Source: Bacteroidia bacterium (lineage in GTDB: Bacteria > Bacteroidota > Bacteroidia > NS11-12g > UBA9320). Taken from it: 64,000 nt of DNA. Location: contig JAGVMN010000003.1 of NCBI GenBank assembly GCA_020053795.1, positions 4,891-68,890 on the forward strand. The letters run 5' to 3'. Made by a program: the position numbers and the translations under genes. Shown one piece after another: positions 50,303 through 61,400 of this stretch (positions within the stretch are counted from its first letter, which is position 1; every line of letters starts with the position of its first letter). The notes beneath the pieces are model-generated. The model did no database searches, was not told the DNA's origin, and worked only from the letters and a program-made list of their open reading frames with translations.

Positions 50303-51493
50303 ATGTACGACAAACTGAAACCTATACTGGAAAAGGAATTAAGACAGATAAAAGAAGCCGGACTTTATAAGAGCGAGAGGATTATTGTAAGCCCACAGGG
50401 GGCTGATATTCGTCTGAAGGATGGAAAGGAGGTAATCAATTTTTGTGCGAACAATTATCTTGGCCTTTCATCGCACCCAAGTGTGACAGATGCCGCTAAG
50501 AGGGCCATAGATACCCATGGTTTTGGGATGTCATCCGTTCGATTTATATGCGGAACGCAGGATATTCATAAAGAACTGGAAGCTAAACTTTCGACTTTTT
50601 TGGGAACCGAGGACACCATTTTGTATGCAGCAGCATTTGATGCCAATGGCGGCATTTTCGAACCTTTGTTTAATGAGGATGACGCCATCATCAGTGATGA
50701 GTTGAATCACGCCTCCATTATTGACGGTATCAGGCTTTGCAAAGCCGACCGGCACCGTTACCTGCACAACGATATGGCCGATCTGGAGCGGTTGCTTCAG
50801 GAAACTTCGGGCAAACGAAATAGAATAATTGTAACGGATGGTGTATTTTCTATGGACGGCACCATTGCCCAATTGGACGTCATTTGTGAACTTGCCGACA
50901 AGTATAGTACTCTTATCATGATTGACGAGTGCCATGCAAGTGGTTTTATGGGCAAAACGGGAAGGGGCACACATGAGCACAGGGGCGTGATGGGTCGAAT
51001 CGATATCATCACCGGAACATTGGGGAAAGCACTGGGCGGGGCATCGGGGGGTTTTACCTCCGGAAGAAAAGAGATAGTCGAAATACTGAGGCAGCGTTCC
51101 AGGCCTTATTTGTTTAGCAATACCTTAGCCCCTTCAATAACCGGAGCATCCATAGCCGTGCTTGATATGTTGAGCAGCACCACGGAACTCAGAGACAAAC
51201 TTCATCGGAACACCAAATATTTCAGAGAAAAAATGACGGAAGCGGGGTTTGACATAAAACCCGGAACGCACCCGATTGTGCCTATCATGCTTTATGAAGC
51301 CCCTTTGGCACAAAAAATGGCCGAGCAACTTTTGGATGAAGGCATCTATGTAATCGGGTTTTATTTTCCCGTGGTGAAACAGGGACAAGCCAGAATCCGG
51401 GTGCAGGTTTCCGCTGCCCACGACACGCATCATCTGGACAAGGCCATTGCCGCATTCAGTAAAATTGGCAAGTCTTTAGGGGTTATCAAATGA
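50303..51493 (+). CDS. kbl: Glycine C-acetyltransferase (2-amino-3-ketobutyrate CoA ligase)
   Basis: [39 protein letters not shown]. Confidence 0.95.
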   Translation: MYDKLKPILEKELRQIKEAGLYKSERIIVSPQGADIRLKDGKEVINFCANNYLGLSSHPSVTDAAKRAIDTHGFGMSSVRFICGTQDIHKELEAKLSTFLGTEDTILYAAAFDANGGIFEPLFNEDDAIISDELNHASIIDGIRLCKADRHRYLHNDMADLERLLQETSGKRNRIIVTDGVFSMDGTIAQLDVICELADKYSTLIMIDECHASGFMGKTGRGTHEHRGVMGRIDIITGTLGKALGGASGGFTSGRKEIVEILRQRSRPYLFSNTLAPSITGASIAVLDMLSSTTELRDKLHRNTKYFREKMTEAGFDIKPGTHPIVPIMLYEAPLAQKMAEQLLDEGIYVIGFYFPVVKQGQARIRVQVSAAHDTHHLDKAIAAFSKIGKSLGVIK

Positions 51494-52278
51494 AAATAGA
51501 CCTTACTGGAAAAACGGCTTTGGTTTGCGGCAGCACCCGGGGAATTGGGCAGGCTATAGCCAGACAAATGGCCAGTTGCGGGGCTGTTGTTATTTTATTG
51601 GCCAGAAACGAAGAAAGACTAAAGGAGACCCTTCAAACATTGGATATCAGAAATGGTCAAACCCATGGTTATGTTGCAGTTGACGTTGTTGACAGCGGTG
51701 ATCTTCAAAGCAAAGTAAACCAATTGTTGTTAAAGCTTGGAACTATAAATATTTTAGTCAATAATACCGGTGGACCGCCTGCCGGAACAATTATATCTTC
51801 AAAAACTGAAGACTTTGAAAGTGCCTTTAAGCAGCATTTAATAGCAAACCATTTATTGGCAGGTCTGGTGATACCAAAAATGATGGAGGAAGGTTTTGGT
51901 AGAATTATCAATATTATCAGCACTTCGGTTAAGCAGCCTTTGAAAGGACTCGGAGTTTCAAATACAATCCGTGCTGCGGTGGCCAATTGGGCAAAAACTT
52001 TGGCAACGGAAGTGGCTCCATTTGGAATAACGGTTAACAACATTTTGCCGGGGGCAACGGAAACTGAAAGGCTCAAGGCGATCATAGAAAACAAATCAAA
52101 ATCTTCCGGAAAATCACCAATAGAAACAGAAGCTGAAATGCTGAAAGAAATACCGGCAGGAAGATTTGCCAAACCAGAGGAACCGGCTTTTGCCGCGGCC
52201 TTTCTGGCATCGGATTTTGCTGCCTACATCACTGGAACCAATGTGGTGGTCGATGGTGGAAGGACTGGTTGTTTGTGA
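51490..52278 (+). CDS. SDR family oxidoreductase (FabG-like, SxxxR subtype)
   Basis: [19 protein letters not shown] in place of YxxxK, VDGG. Confidence 0.88.
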   Translation: MKIDLTGKTALVCGSTRGIGQAIARQMASCGAVVILLARNEERLKETLQTLDIRNGQTHGYVAVDVVDSGDLQSKVNQLLLKLGTINILVNNTGGPPAGTIISSKTEDFESAFKQHLIANHLLAGLVIPKMMEEGFGRIINIISTSVKQPLKGLGVSNTIRAAVANWAKTLATEVAPFGITVNNILPGATETERLKAIIENKSKSSGKSPIETEAEMLKEIPAGRFAKPEEPAFAAAFLASDFAAYITGTNVVVDGGRTGCL

Positions 52279-52413
52279 AATTTTGAAATTTGGAATAACG
52301 TCCTGACAGCTATAAGGATGCAATTTATAACCAAAGGTTATGAATCCATCGAAATCCGATGACTTTTGGATTATCATGTTGTATATCAGATTAAAAAAAT
52401 CACAGGTCAAACG

Positions 52414-52620
52414 GATCCAACAGTTGTCAGGGCAACACGCATTAAAATGAAATCATCGCAATAAGGAAAAGTTGAATTCAATAATATCAAGGGTTTGCAT
52501 GAATTTATAATCAGGTTGCCGTTCGGAAAGTTAAAATTGGTATTTTTATAAATCCCATAAACCATTGATTATGATTAAAACCATTTTTAATGCGTATTGC
52601 CCTGCGATAGCCGTTGGATC
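52414..52620. repeat. 207-bp element bounded by 36-39-bp imperfect inverted repeats (MITE, inverton or structured RNA candidate)
   Basis: 52414-52449 GATCCAACAGTTGTCAGGGCAACACGCATTAAAATG versus reverse complement of 52582-52620 GATCCAACGGCTATCGCAGGGCAATACGCATTAAAAATG. Confidence 0.7.
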
Positions 52621-52672
52621 ATAGTTCAGATAAGAACCGAATCCCTTTTCTTTGCACCAATAAAATGAAACT

Positions 52673-53170
52673 ATGATAAACATCGCAGTTGTAATGGGTC
52701 GTAACCGTGAGATAGGAATGGAGAACGACCTCCCATGGAGACTAAAAGACGATACTAAATTCTTCATGGAACTAACTTCCCACCACCCTATTATAATGGG
52801 CAGGAAAACCTTTCAATCACTGGGTAAACCCCTGCCCAATCGCACGAATATTGTTGTTTCGGGCTCCATGTCTTCTCAAGATAATGTCATCGTTTTGAGC
52901 AGTGTGGCCGAGGCTTTCGAACAGGCCGCCCTTTGTCCTGGCGGAGATGAAATTTTCGTTATCGGCGGTGGCGAAATCTATACACAGACCATAGGACAAA
53001 CCGAAAGGATGTATATCACTTATGTGGAGGGCGAATTCCCTTCGGCTGATACCCATTTTCCGGAATTCGACATGAGTGAATGGAAGAAAGTAGATGGCAA
53101 AAAGTTCAAGGCAAATGAAAGGAATGAATATGATTTTGAGATTTGCACTTATTTGAGAGTGAAGAACTAA
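52673..53170 (+). CDS. folA: Dihydrofolate reductase
   Basis: IGMENDLPWRL..D..FF, IMGRKTF, PLPNRTNIV, VIGGGEIY, ADTHFP. Confidence 0.96.
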   Translation: MINIAVVMGRNREIGMENDLPWRLKDDTKFFMELTSHHPIIMGRKTFQSLGKPLPNRTNIVVSGSMSSQDNVIVLSSVAEAFEQAALCPGGDEIFVIGGGEIYTQTIGQTERMYITYVEGEFPSADTHFPEFDMSEWKKVDGKKFKANERNEYDFEICTYLRVKN

Positions 53171-53180
53171 CCCGCGATTT

Positions 53181-53231
53181 GCTTCGACTCCGCTCAGTTA
53201 CCGATTATCGTTCGTTGAGCTGAGCCGAAAC
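53181..53231. repeat. REP-like inverted doublet (CTTCGACTCCGCTCAG family)
   Basis: GCTTCGACTCCGCTCAG at 53181 and inverted degenerate GTTGAGCTGAGCCGAAAC at about 53214. Confidence 0.65.
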
Positions 53232-53310
53232 GACCGACTACGTATCCGACGAGCGATAATGAAATGAATGAGATTTGATGAAGGAAATATATGTGTTGTG
53301 TCAACAATTT

Positions 53311-53347
53311 TCAACCTATCAACACTTCAACCAATCAACCCCTCAAC
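53311..53347. repeat. TCAAC-NNN repeat with 8-bp period (five copies)
   Basis: TCAAC at 53311, 53319, 53327, 53335 and 53343. Confidence 0.7.
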
Positions 53348-53358
53348 TAATATACCCC

Positions 53359-54540
53359 TCAACTCCTTCTGAGTGTTCGCTGATGAAAAACCAGATACGC
53401 CAGATAAAGACTCAACATCAAAATCATAGCTCCCGCTATATACGGAGCGTGGAAATCGAAGCCATAAAGCATGCCCCCTACGGCGGGGCCGACAACCCTT
53501 CCTAATGATCCGAAAGATTGATTTAAACCGAGGGTCTGCCCAAGTTCATTTTCTTTTGCTTCCTGAGAAAGAAGGGAGGCCAGACTTGGGCCTACAAACC
53601 CGTTGGAAAGAGCTATGGAAAGAAGGACAAATAATTCCCATGGCATGAACAAATCGCCTTTGAAAAAAGGCATAGCAAACAAGCCGCAGGCCATCAGCAG
53701 ATTTCCCATCACCAATAGTTTTCGCTCGCCAAAGCGGTGCGTGAATTTTCCGATGAATCCACCTTGTATCACCGCAGAGCAAATGCCGATATAGGCAAAT
53801 ACATAGCCGATATGCCGGTCGTCGAGGTTGCTGTGTTCTTTCCATAGAAGTGCGGCGGTTATCTGCATCATACTGAAGGCGGCGATGTAGATGAAGTTGA
53901 TGAGAAACAACTCGCGGATAACCGGCTTTTGCAGTTCTTTCCAAATGGAAGTGATGGGTTTGAATGAAAATATGGCCGTCGGGTTTTTAACTTTCAGCGA
54001 TTCGGGGAGCATGAACCAGGCCATAACTAAATTGATCAAACTCAAACCTGCGGCCATGTAACCCACATATTCTATCCCGAAGGCATCATTAACAACACCG
54101 CCCAGGGGAGGCCCGAAAATAAATCCCAGTCCAAAAGCCGCCCCGATCAATCCCATGGATTTGGCCCTGTTTTGCGGTTCCGTTACATCTGAAATATAGG
54201 CCTGAGCGATTGAAATATTTGCGGAGCCAATCCCGGCCATAATTCTCGCGGCTAACAAAAGTATCAATGTTGTGGATTGTGAAAAAAGCAAATGTGCCAC
54301 ACAGGTGATGGCCACACTGTAAAGAATTACGGGTCTCCGACCAATCCTGTCACTCAGGGTTCCCCAAAGAGAAGAGAATAGGAAGTTCATTAGTGCATAG
54401 ACAGCGGCTAAAAGTCCCACTTCGAAATCGGAAGCCCCTAATATTTTGGCATAGTTCGGAAGTATAGGGATGATGATCCCAAAGCCCACCAGATCTATAA
54501 AAGTGGTGAGGAAAAGAACGGCCAGGGGGCTTTTTCTCAC
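53359..54540 (-). CDS. MFS transporter, TetA/DHA1 family
   Basis: FIDLVGFGIIIPILP, motif A GTLSDRIGRRP, GAAFGLGFIFGPPLGG. Confidence 0.9.
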   Translation of the reverse strand: MRKSPLAVLFLTTFIDLVGFGIIIPILPNYAKILGASDFEVGLLAAVYALMNFLFSSLWGTLSDRIGRRPVILYSVAITCVAHLLFSQSTTLILLLAARIMAGIGSANISIAQAYISDVTEPQNRAKSMGLIGAAFGLGFIFGPPLGGVVNDAFGIEYVGYMAAGLSLINLVMAWFMLPESLKVKNPTAIFSFKPITSIWKELQKPVIRELFLINFIYIAAFSMMQITAALLWKEHSNLDDRHIGYVFAYIGICSAVIQGGFIGKFTHRFGERKLLVMGNLLMACGLFAMPFFKGDLFMPWELFVLLSIALSNGFVGPSLASLLSQEAKENELGQTLGLNQSFGSLGRVVGPAVGGMLYGFDFHAPYIAGAMILMLSLYLAYLVFHQRTLRRS

Positions 54541-54597
54541 TGTTTTTTGAATTAAGAATATTTTTTAATTCACTTTAGATTCAATAACTGGGTGTTA

Positions 54598-56139
54598 TTA
54601 AGGATTCAGCCTTCCGTACATTCTCGGAAAAGGAATGGTCTCGCGAACATGGGGCAATTTACAAACCCAACTTACCAGACGCTCCAACCCGAGGCCAAAA
54701 CCGGAATGCGGTACCGAACCGAATCTCCTCAAATCGAGGTACCATTCAAATTCGTTCATGGGCAATTGATGCTCGATGATCTTCTCTTTCAGTTTTTCTT
54801 CATCAGTCTCCCGCTCACCGCCACCGACAATTTCGCCGTATCCCTCCGGTGCCAAAACGTCCACCCCACGGGCAAATCTTGGGTTGTCGGGGTTGCGTTT
54901 CAGATAAAATGCTTTTACCTCATGCGGCCAGTCGTAAACCATTACAGGTACATCGAAAAGTCTGGTAAGAACGGTTTCGTCCGATCCGCCGAAGTCGCCG
55001 CCATATTGAAAACTCTGAGCAGAATCCAGCCATTGCGGAATGTTCCTTTCCTGTTCTTCCAATTGCTTGAGTTCCTGCTTTTGTTTGTCGATCATATTTT
55101 GGTTAAAAGCAATAACGCCTTTTTTCATCCCCCCGGCTTTCATTTCTGCTTCGCGTTTGGCATTGTCTTCCACTATTTCTGCGATGCGTTTTTGAACGAG
55201 TTTCAAATCCTCTTCCAATACGTCTGTCGAGCGTCTACCGTTCACTTCCTTTTGTCCTTTAATAATTTGGACGGCTTCGTCATAAGTGAGTCTGGGAAAA
55301 ATATTGTTTACGTTTTTCAACATATCAGTATTTCGTTCGAGCACCTCCAGTTCTTTTACACAATGTTCTAAAACACGATTCACCACAAACCGCAGAAAGT
55401 CTTCTATCAGGTCCATGTCATCAATAATATCAAAGAAAGCCATTTCAGGCTCTATCATCCAAAACTCTGCAAGATGTCGTCGGGTCTTTGATTTTTCCGA
55501 TCTGAAAGTAGGGCCGAAAGTGTAAATTCTGCCCATCGCCATCGCCATCGCCTCACCATACAATTGTCCGCTTTGGCTCAGGTAGGCAGGCTCTCCGAAG
55601 AAATCCGTTTCAAAGAGATCGGTCGTTCCTTCACAGGCGTTTCCGGTGAATATAGGGGCATCCATTTGTACAAAACCCTCCTTTTGAAAATACTCATGAA
55701 TGGCAAATATGGCCTGGTTCCGAACACGCATGATCGCCCATTGCCTTCTGCTTCGCAACCAAAGATGACGATTATCAGACAAAAATTCTACACCATGTTC
55801 TTTGTTGGAAATAGGGTAATCCTGGCAACTGCTGATCAGCATGAGGTCAATGACCTGAAGCTCAAAACCGCCCAGTTGACGCTCGTCTTTCACCACTCTT
55901 CCTGTCAGGCTAAGTGAACTTTCGAGTCCCAACGATGCAGCGGTGCTAAAGGTCTCCGCAGAAACCGAGGCTGTCGAAACCACGCATTGGCAAAGGCCGG
56001 TTCCATCCCTCAGATTTAGGAAAACCAAACCCTTACTTTCGCGTTTGTTGGCCACCCAACCTTTTAATGTCAACACGGTCCCCTCGTGTTTGGACAGGTT
56101 CTGAATATATACCTGCTTTTTATAGTCGTACATTCTCAT
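54598..56139 (-). CDS. asnS: Asparagine--tRNA ligase with internal helical insertion
   Basis: OB-fold (LKGWVANKR), RHLWLRS, SQSGQLY, FRSEKSKTRRHLAEFWMIEPE, GFGLGLER. Confidence 0.93.
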   Translation of the reverse strand: MRMYDYKKQVYIQNLSKHEGTVLTLKGWVANKRESKGLVFLNLRDGTGLCQCVVSTASVSAETFSTAASLGLESSLSLTGRVVKDERQLGGFELQVIDLMLISSCQDYPISNKEHGVEFLSDNRHLWLRSRRQWAIMRVRNQAIFAIHEYFQKEGFVQMDAPIFTGNACEGTTDLFETDFFGEPAYLSQSGQLYGEAMAMAMGRIYTFGPTFRSEKSKTRRHLAEFWMIEPEMAFFDIIDDMDLIEDFLRFVVNRVLEHCVKELEVLERNTDMLKNVNNIFPRLTYDEAVQIIKGQKEVNGRRSTDVLEEDLKLVQKRIAEIVEDNAKREAEMKAGGMKKGVIAFNQNMIDKQKQELKQLEEQERNIPQWLDSAQSFQYGGDFGGSDETVLTRLFDVPVMVYDWPHEVKAFYLKRNPDNPRFARGVDVLAPEGYGEIVGGGERETDEEKLKEKIIEHQLPMNEFEWYLDLRRFGSVPHSGFGLGLERLVSWVCKLPHVRETIPFPRMYGRLNP

Positions 56140-56197
56140 TAATTTTGGCAAAAATAATTGAAAAAACCGAGCGGATTAGGAGGAATACGAACAGGCT

Positions 56198-57679
56198 ATG
56201 CTCAAACAGAATTTAAGTCAGAAACTACTGCAAAAACTATCACCGCAGCAAATACAATTTGTCAAGCTGCTGCAGCTGAATACGCTCAATTTCGAACAGC
56301 GGGTAGAGGAAGAACTGATGGAGAACCCTGCCCTCGAGGACGGGAAAGAGGAAGAGGAGGAAACCTTTTACGATGATACAGACACCGGTTTAGAAGAACG
56401 AGAAGAGCGTGAGGAGCGTGAGGAAAGGGACGAACCTGAAGAATTTGATATCAGTGAGTATCTGGGAACCGAAGAAGGTGGCATTAAATTAAATGAAGAC
56501 TTTGGTGGAGATGACGATGATGACCGGGAGCCTATTCCTATAGTCAGTCAGGACTCTTTCCGTGAACAACTGCTCGACAATGTTTCGTCTGTTTTACATG
56601 ACGATCATGAGTATCAGTTGGCGTCACAAATAATTGGCACCATAGAAGATGATGGATATTTGAGAAGACCGTTAAAGGCAATCGTCAACGATTTACTTTT
56701 TACTTCCAACATCCGAACGACCGAAGATGAACTTGAAAAAATACTTTACATCATTCAAAAATTTGATCCTCCGGGCATAGGGGCTAGATCCTTGCAAGAA
56801 TGTCTTCTGCTTCAAATAACAAGAAAAGAAGATAAATCGAGCAATCCGATTTTGAAACTGGCCAGAGAGATTTTGGAACAATGTATGGAGGACTTTTCTA
56901 AAAAGCACTATAACAAGATCATTAAAAAGTTAGATGTGACAGAGGATTATTTGAAGGAGGCCATTGATCTCATCATCAAACTCAACCCAAAGCCAGCCGA
57001 CAGCAGCACCCAAAGCAGTACAAAAACAGACTATATTATTCCTGATTTTATTGTCAAAGAAAGTTACGGACAACTCGAGGTTCAACTCAATTCACGCAAT
57101 GCCCCTGAGTTGAGGATCAGTGCGTCGTATATGGAAACCATGAAGGCCTATGACCGTGCCAAGAATCCGGATAAAGGCACCCGAGAAGCGGTTCAATTCA
57201 TCAAGCAAAAACTCGACAGTGCCAAATGGTTTATAGATTCGGTAAAACAACGTCAACTGACTTTGCTTTCCACCATGCGGACCATTGTTGAAATACAAAA
57301 GGACTTCTTCATGAATGGCGACGAGGCCAGTCTGAAGCCGATGATTCTGAAAGACGTGGCCGAAAGGATCGGGATGGATATTTCAACTGTTTCCAGAGTA
57401 GCCAACAGTAAATATGTAGAAACGGATTTCGGTATTTTCCTTTTGAAGTATTTCTTCTCAGAGGGTATCACCACCGAAAGTGGCGAAGAAGTTTCCAATC
57501 GTGAAGTGAAGAAGATTTTGCAGGATGCCATTGGAGTGGAAGACAAGCAAAACCCTTTGACAGATGAGCGTTTGATGGAAATATTGAAAGAGAAGGGTTA
57601 CATCATCGCCCGCCGAACGGTGGCCAAGTACCGCGAACAACTCAACGTACCTGTTGCCCGATTGAGAAAGGAACTCTAA
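56198..57679 (+). CDS. rpoN: RNA polymerase sigma-54 factor
   Basis: QKLSPQQIQ region I, DISTVSRV HTH, RpoN box ARRTVAKYRE. Confidence 0.97.
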   Translation: MLKQNLSQKLLQKLSPQQIQFVKLLQLNTLNFEQRVEEELMENPALEDGKEEEEETFYDDTDTGLEEREEREEREERDEPEEFDISEYLGTEEGGIKLNEDFGGDDDDDREPIPIVSQDSFREQLLDNVSSVLHDDHEYQLASQIIGTIEDDGYLRRPLKAIVNDLLFTSNIRTTEDELEKILYIIQKFDPPGIGARSLQECLLLQITRKEDKSSNPILKLAREILEQCMEDFSKKHYNKIIKKLDVTEDYLKEAIDLIIKLNPKPADSSTQSSTKTDYIIPDFIVKESYGQLEVQLNSRNAPELRISASYMETMKAYDRAKNPDKGTREAVQFIKQKLDSAKWFIDSVKQRQLTLLSTMRTIVEIQKDFFMNGDEASLKPMILKDVAERIGMDISTVSRVANSKYVETDFGIFLLKYFFSEGITTESGEEVSNREVKKILQDAIGVEDKQNPLTDERLMEILKEKGYIIARRTVAKYREQLNVPVARLRKEL

Positions 57680-57683
57680 ACTT

Positions 57684-58298
57684 TTGAGGAAAGCTGCCAC
57701 TATTATTTCATGGATGCTGCATCCTGTTTGGCTTACAGGGATAGGAATCTGGATTATTTTCAACCATCATTTCATCTTAAAAAGCAAATTAACCGCCCTG
57801 TCCCTGGGGCCTTTGTACTTTGTTATTTTTCTTTCGACGGTTTTGTTGCCTGTGATGACCGGAATGATCATCACCGGAACGCAACATCTATCGAAACTCC
57901 CTACCATTGAGATTAAACATCGTTCAGCCTTCCTTATGTCCGGAGCCGTTTATACCTCACTCCTGGTTTTTTTCTTCACAAAGGCCTCTCTTGAAATTTT
58001 TGTACTGCCATTTATGATTGGCCAGGTGCTTATTCAAATCATTGGGGCGATTTTCAACCTGAAAATGAAAATCAGTTTGCATGGATTGGGTTGGGGAGGC
58101 ATAACGGCCATGCTCTACCAACTCATTGCAATAGGTTCGCCGCAGGTGTTCCGGATTTTTTTAGCAGCCATATTTTTGAGCGGGCTGGTACTTTCGGCCA
58201 GGTTAATTGTAAAAGCACATACGAGGTTCGAGATTTATTTGGGATATTCGGCGGGTTTTTTGATCATGATGTTAATCTTATTCTGCTTTGCTGAATAG
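57684..58298 (+). CDS. Membrane protein downstream of rpoN (PAP2-like TM domain)
   Basis: Six TM segments, KISLH and ARL..KAHT..EIYLG motifs. TTG start. Confidence 0.7.
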   Translation: MRKAATIISWMLHPVWLTGIGIWIIFNHHFILKSKLTALSLGPLYFVIFLSTVLLPVMTGMIITGTQHLSKLPTIEIKHRSAFLMSGAVYTSLLVFFFTKASLEIFVLPFMIGQVLIQIIGAIFNLKMKISLHGLGWGGITAMLYQLIAIGSPQVFRIFLAAIFLSGLVLSARLIVKAHTRFEIYLGYSAGFLIMMLILFCFAE

Positions 58299-58434
58299 TC
58301 TGTTAAATAACCCATGGAGTATCTGGTGTTAACACCTGACAGGTAGGAAAATAAATAATTCAGTGCCAAAAACTTCTATTGATCAAGTCACCGCACCAAT
58401 ACATTTTGGTTGAATAACAGGAGTATCATCATTG

Positions 58435-61400
58435 TTACCTCACAATCATAATCTTTTGGGTAAACCTGTTCAACTGCTTTGAGTCGTACAATGTGGTTGT
58501 ATAAAGTCCTTCAGGCAATTCTGAAATATCAAAAATGTACCAGTCATTAAACTGTCTGGATAGCGTGCGTTCATAAACCCGTTGGCCTATTGAATTTGTT
58601 ATCTCAATGTGATCATATTCAGACCCGTTCAAGCTGAGTTGCAAGAATGAACTTACGGGGTTTGGCCTAATTAAAGGCACAGCAGTAATACTTTTGCCAT
58701 TCCCGGGTATTTTAATAGCGACAGGCTCAGGGTATTCTTCAGGAAATGCAACCGTACATTCCGGCAAGCTGTCCAAAAACATATGGTCGGTTCCCCTTTC
58801 GAGTATTTGCTGTACCCGATCTATCTGGCAAACCCAATATTCTGCAAGCGGTATTAAATTAGAGTCTGCATTTGAGGCTAAATCCGAATAAAGAACTCCT
58901 GCTTTTGAATAATCGTTTACCAGACAAAATAATCCGGCTTTTTGAAATTTCAAATAGTCGAGTAACTGTATTGCGGCCAAATCCGAAGCAGTATCACATC
59001 TTGCAATCCAATAATTGATCGTGTTTTTGACACTTGCAAAGATGCCATTAGTAGAATCGGGATTGCTGAGAAATGCACTGTCACTGACCAGATAATCACC
59101 GGCAAGCTCGTTCATTTTGGCCAGACCAATATTCAGGTAAGCATAGTCCGTAACCGTGCGGGTGGTGTTCCATTCCGATGCTGTTAAAGCAATTTCCCAA
59201 TCGGGCATTATATCGACAGCTTGCACCGAATCATATTGTCTTGTGAGGATGTCTTCAAAAACATCTTTAACATTTTGAAAAGGAGCCCCATAAGTGATGG
59301 TTCTCGGATTTGTTGGTAATGCAGTTCCCGGGCCTGCTCCAGTGCCTGTGGTAGAACCAGCACAATAGGCGGTTCTCGAATAAGTTGACGGGGTTTCATG
59401 AACACCCGTGATTGTAGCCCTTGAGAATAAAGGCGGAAAGAATGGAAAAGGATCAGGGATATACCATAAATCATAATTTTGCGTGCTTACCGGTAAATAT
59501 GGTGAGGTGTTATCCCACAGGTTTCCCCCTCCTGCTAAATCTCCGTTGGATGCAACACCCCAAAAGGTTAATCCAACCAACGCCATGCCTCCACTGTTAA
59601 ATCGCAGATCGTTCTTTCCTCCGTTCAAATAAATGGGGTTACCGCCAATTCTGATTGTCTGATTAAACGCTTTGCCTGCACCAGCATTGAAGAACACATT
59701 TCCGCCACCGGCCTGACCAAAGGCATTGGCCATAACGACATTGGCCCCACTCGAAACCCTGAACCCATATCCAGTGTTGTCGCCGGTAAACGTTCCGCAA
59801 CGCGACATTAAAGACGATGTGGCATCAAATTCAACTGCATTTCCGGTAACAGTGTAATTGGCAGAAAACATGCTTAAAGGAGAGCTTGAATTCCCCGTGT
59901 AAGATGTCCCAACAACTACATCGCTGATAACAGGATTTGTCAATTTGCTCGGGTAATGAGCACCCTTTACCTTTATTCCATAATCATTATCCCCGTTTTC
60001 GATGAGTGGGTTTTCCAATATTAATGCCCGTCCATCTACCAGCAATCCCTGTCCGCACTCCTGAAGCTCAAGGTCATTAATTCTGAGCGGGAGGCCGCCG
60101 ACATTGTTAAAAGAATTCAAGCCATTGCTGCTTCCAGTAATAGTCAGGTCATTCAGTCCATAGCTGTGCCCCCAAAGATAAATACCGGCAAAGCTGCCGA
60201 TACCTGACATGGGTTCTACTTTCACATGGTTGAAAACACAACGCACGCCCAAATTCAGAACGGCATCTTCGCCCATCTCTATTTTGCCGTTTATAACATC
60301 AAAATGGTTGTTGCTTCCGCTGTTCACAATCCAGAAAAAATGATCTGTTACCTCCATCACTTTTGTAGATGATGAACTCCCTTCAAACCTTATGAAGCTG
60401 CCATTTCCAAATTGAATGCGGTTGGCAGCGGTCTCTGTATTTCCGATATTCGGCATGTTGAACCGCACAAAGCCCAGCCCATTGCTACCGCCCACAGGGG
60501 CTAAGGATGCACCATCTTCTAAAATCAATGTGCCGCGTATTTCAAGAATGGCGTTGGGGCCGTCTAAAATGATTTCGGTGCCCGGGCCTATGCGAAGCGT
60601 AGCCCCTTCTTCTATCACCAACTTGGAATTGTTGTTGATGCGGAGGGTGCCAGGTGGATTGGTCACGCCGGGGGGAATGACAAAAGACAACGAACTACCC
60701 GACTTATAAAGCATCCAGGCATTGTAGGTCCCGCCGTCATCGCCAACTTCAATAAGTCCTTCATTCATAACGGTAACAGAATTGCATACTTCTATAAAAA
60801 TATCAGAATACGAGGGAACCGAACTACCGGGAGCAAACCCCATCCCAAGACTTGTATTGTTCAGTGACAATGTACCGCTATTTATGGTGAGTTCATCACT
60901 AATAGCATCTGTTCCTAAATCTCCAGTGTAATTGAAAGTAATATTGTTGCCAATTGTGGGTACATCCACTAAAATTTCAGCATCATTGTTTTCATTAAAA
61001 TAGAGTTCGTCGCGTTTGGTGTCTTTGTTTTTCTTAATTTTATAATTTGGATAATTAACTGTCACGTATTGACTAAAGGCATCGGAGTTTATAATTTGAC
61101 CTTGATTTGTAGGGTTAAAATCAGAAATCCTGTTTTCATTGAAAACTTCCTTTGTTTCTGCTTTTAATTCGCAATCCAAATAATTTATTAGCACGTATCC
61201 ATATTCAAAAACATTTTGAATAACCGATTCGGTGATAAATGGAAAGTTATGAGGGCCGGTTGGAGGACCAGGATTATCAATTAGTGGGTGACAAATTTGA
61301 AGAAAAGTCAGACTCAAATCATCGGTTCTGCCGGACCTCCAGATACCATTATCATTATGAAGCTCAACGCCATTTATTAAGTTTGGATTTTCGGGTCCAT

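Noticed and set aside
51490-52278. SDR lacking the catalytic YxxxK (SNTIR)
   Set aside because: SxxxR is a known FabG-like SDR subtype, not evidence of decay or novelty.
54592-55371. 259-aa plus-strand ORF
   Set aside because: Antisense shadow of asnS. The same applies to 2001-2459, 31953-32348 and the many other short opposite-strand ORFs in the track.
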